Below, piece after piece: positions 41,852-49,954 of a stretch of 54,239 nucleotides of DNA. Numbering within the stretch: the stretch's first letter is position 1; every line of letters begins with the position of its first letter. Under the pieces are notes generated by a model. That model worked only from the letters and a program-made list of their open reading frames with translations, did no database searches and was not told the DNA's origin. The position numbers and the translations under genes were made by a program. The stretch is from an uncultured Bacteroidia bacterium (GTDB lineage: Bacteria; Bacteroidota; Bacteroidia; Bacteroidales; F082). The stretch is taken from assembly GCA_902789915.1 (NCBI GenBank), contig CADAPW010000001.1, positions 1-54,239 on the forward strand, in the 5' to 3' direction.

Positions 41852-43999
41852 ATGAAAAACAAGATTTATACCATTTTTCTGCTTGGCCTTTCCGTATTAC
41901 TGCTTTCAACCTGCAAAAATCCCGAGATTGGGTATGAGACGTTCGCAATTACAGATGAAAACGTTGAACCAGAAGTATATGGCGTAAAGGTAAACGGATC
42001 CTTTTCTTTTTCAGGCAATGTGCAAGAAATGAAAATGAAAATAGCTACAGATGAGTCACTGACAGATGCCACTGATTATTCCATAATTATTGACAATCAA
42101 ACATTTTCGGGCGAAATAGACGGACTGGAACCTAACACAACCTATTACTATTGTTACGATATTGATTTTGGATGGAAAGACGACTATTTGACTGACATTA
42201 ATAGCTTCACCACCCTCAAAGGGCTTCCAACGGTAAAAACGCTTGAAACAATCGCTTTATATGATGCTTCATTCCGTATAAAGTGCAAAGTGACTTCAGA
42301 TGGCGGATCCGAGATAATGGAACGAGGCATCTACTGGTGTATCGGGAATACCGATGATAACCATCCCAATCTGGGTGACAACAAGATAATACACGATGAA
42401 AACGGAGTGGGTGAATATTTCTGCTTGATGGATAACCTGGAGCCAAACACCACCTATTCTGTCAAAGCATACGCCAAAAATAGAATTGGAATAAGTTTGG
42501 CACAAGAAGTGTTGCACTTTAAAACCCACGACAATCCCAGCGATTCTCTCATGATAGTAACTAATTGTAATCCTCCGTCTGGAGGTACGGCAACAGGAGG
42601 AGGTACCTTCACTTCCGGCCAGTCCTGCACCGTCACAGCCTCCGCCGCCACAGGCTACACCTTCACCAACTGGACAGAAGACAATGAAGTGGTCTCGCAT
42701 GATGCCAACTATACTTTCACCGTGGACCGCAACCGCACTTTGATGGCCAACTTCACCCTTAACACCTATTCCATCACTGCCATAGCCGACCCGGTAGCGG
42801 GCGGCACGGTGAGCGGCGCTAATACTTACAACTATGGCGCTTCATGCACCTTAACAGCGACAGCTTACACGGGTTATACCTTTGTCAATTGGACGAAGAA
42901 CGGCACCCAAGTCTCCACCGATGCCAGCTACATTTTCATCGTGACAACAGCGGAAGAGTATGTGGCTCATTTCCATCCAAAAACATACACCATCAGTGTT
43001 TCGGCAGACCCAAGCGATGGAGGAACTGTCACTGGAAATGGCAATTATACCTATGGACAAAGTTGTACAATAACTGCCACCGCAAATGATGGATTTGTAT
43101 TTAGTCATTGGGAAGAAGAAGACCTTACGGTATCCTCAAATGCTTCATATACTTTTATGGTAAATGGAAACAGAAACCTTGAGGCCAAATTTGACCAAAC
43201 ATATCCTGTCGGGGCAATAAATGGACGCTTCACTATAAACCCCAACGGTGAACAAGTGTATTTCTCACGAGGCAACCTTCAATATATTGGCAGTGCAAAC
43301 ACTCCCTATTGGAAATTTGCTGACAAACAATGGAGCTATTTGGGTAATCATGGACAAGGAAGTGAAAATCAACAAGCAGACCGCGATTTATTTGGTTGGG
43401 GAACAAGTGGTTGGAATTGCGGAAACAAGTTCTATCAGCCATACGATACTGATATTTCCAGTGGAGAATTCTATGGGCCTGGTAACAACAACGACTTGAC
43501 TGGCCAATATGCCAATTCTGATTGGGGATACAATGCTATCTCTAATGGAGGGGCAACAAGCGGCCTATGGCGCACTCTGTCCAATTCTGAATGGAACTAT
43601 GTGTTTTTTGAAAGGAACACCCCTTCAGGAATACTTTTCGCGAAAGCAAACGTTTCGGGTGTTAATGGTATAATTATTATACCAGACACTTGGAATTCTA
43701 GCTACAATTTAAGTGCAGTCAATAACCAAGGAGCCACTTTTGTGTCAAATGTTATTTCAGATTCAGATTGGACTAACAAGTTGGAGAAGAATGGAGCTGT
43801 ATTCCTGCCTGTTGCTGGTTGGCGATTTGGACATTCAGTAACGGAAGAAGGTTCTAAAGGCTATTATTGGACATCTTCACACCATGATACAATAGATAAC
43901 ACATCTTTTTCCCTATCTATTGCTGACGGGGCCTTTAGCACGAATCAAATGGGCAGACATGCTGGTTTGTCTGTGCGCTTAGTCTATCCTATTCCATGA
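41852..43999 (+). CDS. Lipoprotein with four Listeria-Bacteroides (InlB B-repeat-like) repeats and a C-terminal FISUMP-like domain
   Basis: The lipobox-like start is MKNKIYTIFLLGLSVLLLSTC. Four ~75-aa repeats are present: GGTATGGGTFTSGQSCTVTASAATGYTFTNWTEDNEVVS, GGTVSGANTYNYGASCTLTATAYTGYTFVNWTKNGTQVS, GGTVTGNGNYTYGQSCTITATANDGFVFSHWEEEDLTVS, and one more upstream. C-terminal motifs are LWRTLSNSEWNYVF, AVFLPVAGWR, GYYWTSS and GLSVRLV. Confidence 0.6.
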   Translation: MKNKIYTIFLLGLSVLLLSTCKNPEIGYETFAITDENVEPEVYGVKVNGSFSFSGNVQEMKMKIATDESLTDATDYSIIIDNQTFSGEIDGLEPNTTYYYCYDIDFGWKDDYLTDINSFTTLKGLPTVKTLETIALYDASFRIKCKVTSDGGSEIMERGIYWCIGNTDDNHPNLGDNKIIHDENGVGEYFCLMDNLEPNTTYSVKAYAKNRIGISLAQEVLHFKTHDNPSDSLMIVTNCNPPSGGTATGGGTFTSGQSCTVTASAATGYTFTNWTEDNEVVSHDANYTFTVDRNRTLMANFTLNTYSITAIADPVAGGTVSGANTYNYGASCTLTATAYTGYTFVNWTKNGTQVSTDASYIFIVTTAEEYVAHFHPKTYTISVSADPSDGGTVTGNGNYTYGQSCTITATANDGFVFSHWEEEDLTVSSNASYTFMVNGNRNLEAKFDQTYPVGAINGRFTINPNGEQVYFSRGNLQYIGSANTPYWKFADKQWSYLGNHGQGSENQQADRDLFGWGTSGWNCGNKFYQPYDTDISSGEFYGPGNNNDLTGQYANSDWGYNAISNGGATSGLWRTLSNSEWNYVFFERNTPSGILFAKANVSGVNGIIIIPDTWNSSYNLSAVNNQGATFVSNVISDSDWTNKLEKNGAVFLPVAGWRFGHSVTEEGSKGYYWTSSHHDTIDNTSFSLSIADGAFSTNQMGRHAGLSVRLVYPIP

Positions 44000-44006
44000 T
44001 TTAAAC

Positions 44007-44864
44007 ATGAAACTTAGGATAGTAGCCAAAACGGATGCGGGCAAGGAACGCGACCAAAACGAAGATGCTTTTATCTTCTGTCCCGATCTTTCTATCTCGG
44101 ATTGGACACTAAACAAAGCATCCGCGACTCTTGGTCCTTTTGGTTGCCTCTTGTGTGTAGCTGACGGCATAGGAGGTGCCAATAACGGAGAAATCGCATC
44201 CAGACTTGCTATAGATTCTATCAAACGATCATTTTCTGATAGTGTTGAAGTGTCTAAAGCCGCTTCTTCTGATTCAAACATCAAAGATTTCCTTACTTAT
44301 GCCGTCAAAGAAGCTGATTTGACTATAAAAAACTATGCCATTGACCACCCAGATAGCATTGGGCTTGGAACCACTATCGTCGTTTGCTGGATACTTAACA
44401 ACACTGCATACATTGCCTGGTGTGGCGACAGTAGATGTTACCTATACAATCCTAAAACAGGGCTTTTGCCTCTTACCAAAGACCACTCTTATGTCCAAGA
44501 GCTTATTGACAAAGGAGAATTGACCGAGGACGAAGCTTTTCACCACCCCGATAACAATATCATCACGAAAGCACTTGGTGATATGGATTTACAAACACTT
44601 CCTGACATTGTCACCCATGTTGTTGAACCTGAAGATACTATATTGCTTTGCAGTGATGGTTTGTGTGGCTATTGTAGCAATCAATCCATTGAAGAAGTCG
44701 TTCGCAACAATTACTCAGATATGAATCATTGTTGCAAGAAGTTGCTTCAACTTGCCTTAGATACAGGAGGATATGACAATATTTGCATAGTATTAGCTTC
44801 CTTATCAAAAAAAAAACCTGCTCTGATCAACTTTTTCAAGAATTGGATTTCACCCTCAAAATAG
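44007..44864 (+). CDS. PP2C-family Ser/Thr protein phosphatase
   Basis: 285 aa. PP2C motifs are KTDAGKERDQNEDAF, LLCVADGIGGANNGEIAS, GTTIVVCW, AWCGDSRCYL, LLCSDGL and GGYDNICIVL. It is the last gene of the plus-strand block. Confidence 0.85.
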   Translation: MKLRIVAKTDAGKERDQNEDAFIFCPDLSISDWTLNKASATLGPFGCLLCVADGIGGANNGEIASRLAIDSIKRSFSDSVEVSKAASSDSNIKDFLTYAVKEADLTIKNYAIDHPDSIGLGTTIVVCWILNNTAYIAWCGDSRCYLYNPKTGLLPLTKDHSYVQELIDKGELTEDEAFHHPDNNIITKALGDMDLQTLPDIVTHVVEPEDTILLCSDGLCGYCSNQSIEEVVRNNYSDMNHCCKKLLQLALDTGGYDNICIVLASLSKKKPALINFFKNWISPSK

Positions 44865-44889
44865 CTAGATAAATGCAATTAACCTTAGC

Positions 44890-44928
44890 AAATCCTCTTG
44901 TCAATCGACGGGAGGATTTTTTGTTTTT
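44890..44928 (+). terminator. Rho-independent terminator closing the T6SS block
   Basis: The stem is aaatcctc (44890-44897) paired with gaggattt (44912-44919), with a 14-nt loop, followed by ttttttgttttt. A second, weaker hairpin (agccatg / catggct, 44952-44985) plus a T8 run follows. Confidence 0.55.
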
Positions 44929-44971
44929 GACATGGTTTTGTTTATTTTTGTAGCCATGATGATTTCAGTGT

Positions 44972-45001
44972 TTTGAAGCATGGCTTTTTTTTCTATTTTT
45001 G
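44972..45001 (+). promoter_or_regulatory. Candidate Bacteroides-type promoter upstream of the GH97 gene
   Basis: TTTG at 44972-44975 is followed 18 nt later by TAttTTTG at 44994-45001, which matches TAnnTTTG. The ATG is at 45024. Confidence 0.35.
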
Positions 45002-45519
45002 CCATCATAAAAACTATATCATCATGAAAAAACTCCTCCTCTCTGCGCTCCTCATGCTTTCCATGAGCGCTTTCGCCCAAAAGCAATACATCCTGCAATC
45101 GCCCGACAAGGACATCACCGTCACCATTGAGGCGGGCGAGCAACTGACATACGCCGTCACGCATGGAAACACTTGTGTGTTAACACCTTCGTCCATCGGC
45201 ATGAAACTCGCCGACGGCACTATGCTCGGCACGAAACCCGTATAAAAAGGCGCAAATCCCTGAAGTTTACAATGAGTTGGCTCTAACTTTCAAAGGCAAC
45301 TACAAGGTCTTTTTCCGCGCCTACGATGCTGGCGTGGCCTATCGTTTCGAGACCGACTTCCGTAAGCCTATCGTCATCGAAGACGAAACGGCTGACTTCA
45401 ACTTCGATGCGGATTATCATGCTCTCGTCCCGTTTGTCTTGAGACGTGCCGGACAAAAGGGTGCCCTCATCAGCCAGCAGTTCTACAGCTCGTTTGAGAA
45501 CACTTACACCGACACTATC

Positions 45520-45569
45520 TTGAGCCACATGGACCCTCAAAAGCTTGAGCCACATGGACCCTCAAAAGC
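45520..45569. repeat. Perfect 25-bp tandem duplication (2 copies) inside the GH97 gene
   Basis: The unit ttgagccacatggaccctcaaaagc occurs at 45520-45544 and again at 45545-45569. Removing one copy restores ...TDTILSHMDPQKLAFLPLLVELNDGKK... Confidence 0.95.
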
Positions 45570-46225
45570 TCGCCTTCCTGCCCTTGTTAGTCGAACTCAA
45601 TGACGGCAAGAAAGTCGTCATCACCGAAGCCGACTTGGAGGATTTCCCTGGCTTGTATCTCCGCAATGCCAACGGCAAATACGGTCTCTCCGCCGTCCAT
45701 GCCGGTTATCCCAAAGTCCGTGAACAAGGCGGTCACAACAACCTACAATGGATGGTGAAAGAACGCGAGGACTATGTGGCCAAGACCGATGGAAAACGTG
45801 CATTCCCATGGCGTATCGTCACCATCTCGGAGAACGACAAGGAATTAGCCAACAACGACTTAGTCTATCTTTTGGCCTCACCCAACCGCATCGGCGACGT
45901 CTCTTGGATTAAGCCTGGCAAGGTGGCCTGGGACTGGTGGAACTGGTGGAACCTTTACGGCGTTGACTTCGCAGCAGGCATCAACAACGAGACCTACAAA
46001 TACTTCATTGATTTTGCCAGCCAATACGGCATCGAATATGTCATCCTCGACGAAGGTTGGGCCGTCAACAAGCAAGCCGACCTCTTCCAGGTGATTCCCG
46101 AAATCAACTTACCGGAACTTGTCAAATACGGTGCCGAACGCAATGTAGGCCTCGTGCTTTGGGCCGGTTACGCCGCCATGGACAAAGACATGGAACACGT
46201 ATGCCAGCACTATTCCGAAATGGGC

Positions 46226-46251
46226 ATAAAAGGCTTCAATAAAAGGCTTCA
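46226..46251. repeat. Perfect 13-bp tandem duplication (2 copies) inside the GH97 gene
   Basis: The unit ataaaaggcttca occurs at 46226-46238 and 46239-46251. Removing one copy restores the conserved EMGIKGFKVDFMDGDDQ. Confidence 0.95.
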
Positions 46252-47019
46252 AGGTCGACTTTATGGACGGTGACGATCAGATGATAGTCGACTTTTACTA
46301 CCGCATGGCCGCAACTGCCGCCAAATACCATCTTTTCATCGATTTCCACGGTGCCTACAAACCCACGGGACTGAACCGCACCTATCCCAATGTGCTCAAC
46401 CACGAGGGCGTGTACGGCATGGAACAGGAACGTTGGGACTCCAAGAGCGATTTTGTCACCAACGAAGTCACCATACCTTTCATCCGCATGTTGGCCGGAC
46501 CTATGGACTACACCCAAGGAGCCATGAGAAATGCGGGAAAATACAGCTTCACCGCCATCTACACCGAGCCGATGAGCCAAGGCACACGCTGCCGACAACT
46601 GGCTGAATATGTGATATATGAGTCGCCATTCAACATGCTGTGCGACAGCCCGAGCAACTACATAAGAGAAGACGAATGCACGCGATTCATCGCCAGCGTG
46701 CCGACCACGTGGGACGAAACCATCGTCTTGGATGGAAAAGTGGGCGAATATCTCGTGATAGCCCGCCGCAAGGACTTCCGCTGGTATGTAGGTGCCATCA
46801 CCAACTGGGAGGAGCGCGACCTCGTGCTCGACCTGTCGGTGTTGCCCAACTTCGGTGCCAAGTCGGGACGTATCTTCCGTGACGGCATCAACGCCAACCG
46901 TGCCGCCCGCGACTATGTAGCGGAGCAAATTCAGGTGATGGGCAACAAGGTGAAAGTGCATCTCGCTGAAGGCGGCGGTGCCGTGATGGTGTTCTAATTC
47001 AGCGTAATAAACAAAACAA

Positions 47020-47141
47020 GACACGAGACTATGACTTGTGACAATGACTATGACAACTTTTACAGAAGAAATGACATCACAACTTACAAAAAAGCTGTCA
47101 TGGTCATAGTCATTGGTCATAGTCAAAAAAAGTCTCGCGTC
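47020..47141. repeat. Long imperfect palindrome built from ATGAC/GTCAT pentamers, in the GH97-rhaB intergenic region
   Basis: The left arm is gacacgagactatgacttgtgacaatgactatgaca (47020-47055). The right arm is tgtcatggtcatagtcattggtcatagtcaaaaaaagtctcgcgtc (47096-47141). The left half has four ATGAC and the right half four GTCAT. The outer box gacacgagac / gtctcgcgtc recurs at 51219-51284. Confidence 0.5.
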
Positions 47142-47155
47142 AAAACAATAACACC

Positions 47156-48580
47156 ATGAGCCAACAACGATTCCTTGCCTTCGACTGCGGCGCCACCAGC
47201 GGACGGGCCATCCTAGGCACCTTCACTGGCGACAGCTTCCGCATGGAGGAGGTCTATCGTTTCCCCAACCAGACCCTCGAAATCGGAGGCAAGTACTACT
47301 GGAATGTATATAGCATCTACGAGCATTTCCTGAAATGCCTCAAGGAATTGGGCCTACGCCATATCACCCTCGACTCCATCGGCATCGACACCTGGGGCGT
47401 CGACTTTGGCTGCATCGGACACGATGGCACTTTGCTGGGGCTTCCTCGCGCCTACCGCGACCCTTACACCGACGGCATTCCCGAAAGGTTCTTTAAAATC
47501 GTTCCTCGTGAACAGCTTTACGCTTTGACGGGCATCCAAATCATGAACTTCAACACGGTTTTCCAGATGTTTGCCCAAGCCGAGGAAGGCAGTGTGGCCT
47601 ACCGTCATGCCAAGCGCATCCTCTTCATGCCCGACCTCCTCGCCTATCTGTTGACACGCGGTAAAGTCTGTGAATATACCATCGCTTCCACTTCGGGACT
47701 GATGAACCCAAAAACACAACAGTTTGAGCCTTCACTGATGACAACTGTAGGCCTCACTGATGACCAGATACCCGACAGGGTTCAACCTGGCGAAGTCGTT
47801 GGCAAATTGAGGTTCAATATCGCCAAGGAGACAGGCTTAGGCGAGGTGCCTGTGGTGGCTGTGGCAGGTCATGACACCGCTTCAGCCATCGTTGCTGTTC
47901 CTGCCGAAAACGAGCATTTTGCCTACCTCAGCAGCGGCACTTGGAGCCTCATGGGTATTGAGGTACCTAAGCCCATCATCACCGAGCAGTCGGCACGGCT
48001 CAACTTCACCAACGAAGGTGGCATCGAAGGCACCACGCGCTTCTTGAAGAACATCACGGGGATGTGGCTTGTGGAGCAATGCCGCAAGAAATGGATAGCG
48101 CAAGGGCACGACTATAGTTATGACGAAATGACCAAGATGGCGCAATCGACCAAAGACTACGCAGGCCGCATCAACCCCGACGACCCGCGTTTTGCCAATC
48201 CTGCCGACATGGAAGCTGAAATAAAAGCTGCTTTAGCCGACAAAGGTTTTGCCGCTCCTGCCAACGATGCTGAGATGTTAAGCTGCATCTACCACAGTCT
48301 CGCCGAGCGTTACAAAGAGGTGTTGGATATGCTACAGGAAGTCGCGCCGTTCAAAATCGAGAAGCTGCACGTCATCGGAGGCGGCTCGGCCAACGAACTG
48401 CTGAACCAATGGACCGCCGATGCCATCGGCATACCCGTAGTGGTAGGACCTACCGAAGCCACCGCCCTCGGCAACCTCATGGTCCAAGCCAAGGCCGCTG
48501 GTCTTGTCAAAGACCGTTGGGCCATGCGTAAGATGATAGCACAAAACTTTGAAACAAAGACATACAACCCAGCCCCGTAG
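47156..48580 (+). CDS. rhaB: Rhamnulokinase (FGGY carbohydrate kinase)
   Basis: 474 aa. The N-terminal FLAFDCGATSGRAILGTF and the FGGY C-terminal HVIGGGSANELLNQWTADAIGIPVVVGPTEATALGN support the call, as does the position upstream of rhaA. Confidence 0.85.
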   Translation: MSQQRFLAFDCGATSGRAILGTFTGDSFRMEEVYRFPNQTLEIGGKYYWNVYSIYEHFLKCLKELGLRHITLDSIGIDTWGVDFGCIGHDGTLLGLPRAYRDPYTDGIPERFFKIVPREQLYALTGIQIMNFNTVFQMFAQAEEGSVAYRHAKRILFMPDLLAYLLTRGKVCEYTIASTSGLMNPKTQQFEPSLMTTVGLTDDQIPDRVQPGEVVGKLRFNIAKETGLGEVPVVAVAGHDTASAIVAVPAENEHFAYLSSGTWSLMGIEVPKPIITEQSARLNFTNEGGIEGTTRFLKNITGMWLVEQCRKKWIAQGHDYSYDEMTKMAQSTKDYAGRINPDDPRFANPADMEAEIKAALADKGFAAPANDAEMLSCIYHSLAERYKEVLDMLQEVAPFKIEKLHVIGGGSANELLNQWTADAIGIPVVVGPTEATALGNLMVQAKAAGLVKDRWAMRKMIAQNFETKTYNPAP

Positions 48581-48693
48581 GGGCGCAGGACATTAAGCAG
48601 GGGTGAGCACAGCATAACCCCTGTTCTTCAACCCAGCCCCGTAGGGGCGACACATCAGTAAGCAGGCGACGTAAGTCCCTGCTCTTAACCGCA
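48566..48693. repeat. Two tandem ~64-nt REP-like units (conserved 20-nt box plus hairpin) between rhaB and rhaA
   Basis: The box aacccagccccgtaggggcg occurs at 48566-48585, overlapping the rhaB stop, and again at 48630-48649. Each box contains the mini-palindrome gcccc-gta-ggggc. Each is followed by a hairpin (aagcagggg...cccctgtt in the first unit, aagcagg...cctgct in the second). Confidence 0.55.
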
Positions 48694-48699
48694 ACGCCT

Positions 48700-49950
48700 A
48701 TGAACACACAAAACATCCTCAACGCCTACACCCTCGCCAAGGAACGCTACGCCGCCCTCGGCATCGACACCGACAAAGCCATCGCCACCCTCGAAAAAAC
48801 CCCCATCTCGCTGCACTGCTGGCAGACCGACGACGTGATGGGCTTCGAGAGCAACGCCGGCCTCTCAGGCGGCATCCAGACCACAGGTAACTACCCTGGT
48901 CGCGCCCGCACCATCGACGAGGTGCGCGCCGACCTCGAGTTCGTCAACTCGCTGCTCGCCGGTACACAACGCGTCAACCTGCACGAAATCTACGGCGACT
49001 TCGGCGGCAAGTTCGTCGACCGCGACCAAGTGAGCGTGGAGCACTTCCAGAGCTGGATTGACTGGGGTAAATCTGTCAACATGAAGCTTGACTTCAACTC
49101 TACCTCCTTCGGCCATCCAAAGAGTGGCGACCTCAGCCTCGCCAACCCTGACCCCGCCATCCGCGCCTTCTGGATCGAGCATACCAAACGCTGCCGCCGT
49201 ATCGCCGACGCCATGGGTAAGGCACAAGGTGACCCCTGCATCATGAACATCTGGGTACACGACGGCCTGAAAGACCTCACCGTGGAACGCAAACGCTACC
49301 GTGAGCTGCTGGCCGAATCCTTAGATGAAATCTTGGCCGAAGACCTGCCCGACATGAAATCTTGCGTCGAGGCCAAACTCTTCGGCATCGGCTTGGAGAG
49401 TTTCACCGTCGGCTCGCACGACTTCTACGCAGGCTATTGTGCTACGCGTAAGGTCATCTATACTCTCGACACGGGCCATTACGAACCCACCGAGAACGTG
49501 TCAGATATAGTTTCGTCACTGTTACTCTATGTGCCCGAGCTGATGTTGCACGTCAGCCGTCCCATCCGCTGGGACTCCGACCATGTGACCCTCATGAACG
49601 ACCAAACCCTCGACCTCTTCAAGGAAATCGTCCGCGCCGAAGCCCTCCACCGCGCCCACATCGGCCTCGACTACTTCGATGCGTCCATTAATAGGATAGG
49701 TGCCTACCTTATTGGCACCCGCGCCACGCAGAAATGCCTGCTGCAAGCCCTGCTAGAGCCGCTTGATTTGCTGCGCCAATATGAGGACAAAGGAAAAGGC
49801 TTTGAGAAATTAGCCTTGATGGAAGAGATGAAATCCCTGCCCTTTGGTGCCGTCTACGACTACTTCAATTTGAAGAATGATGTGCCTGTGGGTGAGGAGT
49901 TTATCGGAAGGATACAGCAATATGAAAAAGAAGTAACGTCCAAAAGATAA
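48700..49950 (+). CDS. rhaA: L-rhamnose isomerase
   Basis: 416 aa. The N-terminus AYTLAKERYAALGIDTDKAIATLEKTPISLHCWQTDDVMGFE and the later LDTGHYEPTE motif are characteristic of RhaA. It lies within a rha gene cluster. Confidence 0.9.
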   Translation: MNTQNILNAYTLAKERYAALGIDTDKAIATLEKTPISLHCWQTDDVMGFESNAGLSGGIQTTGNYPGRARTIDEVRADLEFVNSLLAGTQRVNLHEIYGDFGGKFVDRDQVSVEHFQSWIDWGKSVNMKLDFNSTSFGHPKSGDLSLANPDPAIRAFWIEHTKRCRRIADAMGKAQGDPCIMNIWVHDGLKDLTVERKRYRELLAESLDEILAEDLPDMKSCVEAKLFGIGLESFTVGSHDFYAGYCATRKVIYTLDTGHYEPTENVSDIVSSLLLYVPELMLHVSRPIRWDSDHVTLMNDQTLDLFKEIVRAEALHRAHIGLDYFDASINRIGAYLIGTRATQKCLLQALLEPLDLLRQYEDKGKGFEKLALMEEMKSLPFGAVYDYFNLKNDVPVGEEFIGRIQQYEKEVTSKR

Positions 49951-49954
49951 AACC

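Larger units (their letters stand above)
45024..46997 (+). pseudogene. GH97-family glycoside hydrolase (SusB-like alpha-glucosidase/galactosidase) disrupted by three +1 frame shifts
   Basis: Four collinear ORF pieces lie in frames 3, 1, 2 and 3: 45024-45245, about 45244-45603, 45545-46273 and 46263-46997. The signal peptide is MKKLLLSALLMLSMSAFAQ. GH97 motifs are YGIEYVILDEGW, GIKGF[break]KVDFMDGDDQ and DFHGAYKPTGLNRTYPNVLNHEGVYGME. Breaks 2 and 3 are perfect tandem duplications. Break 1 lies next to an A5 run at 45244-45248. Confidence 0.75.

Noticed and set aside
46236-47126. 296-aa minus-strand ORF overlapping the GH97 gene
   Set aside because: It is antisense to a gene with clear GH97 motifs. 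The translation is His/Val/Gly/Ala-rich with no recognisable motif, which is the typical spurious antisense ORF of a GC-rich coding region.
48566-48693. CRISPR array
   Set aside because: There are only two repeat copies, they are separated by hairpin-forming sequence rather than unique spacers, and no cas genes are in the window. I saw no other CRISPR-like periodic repeats.
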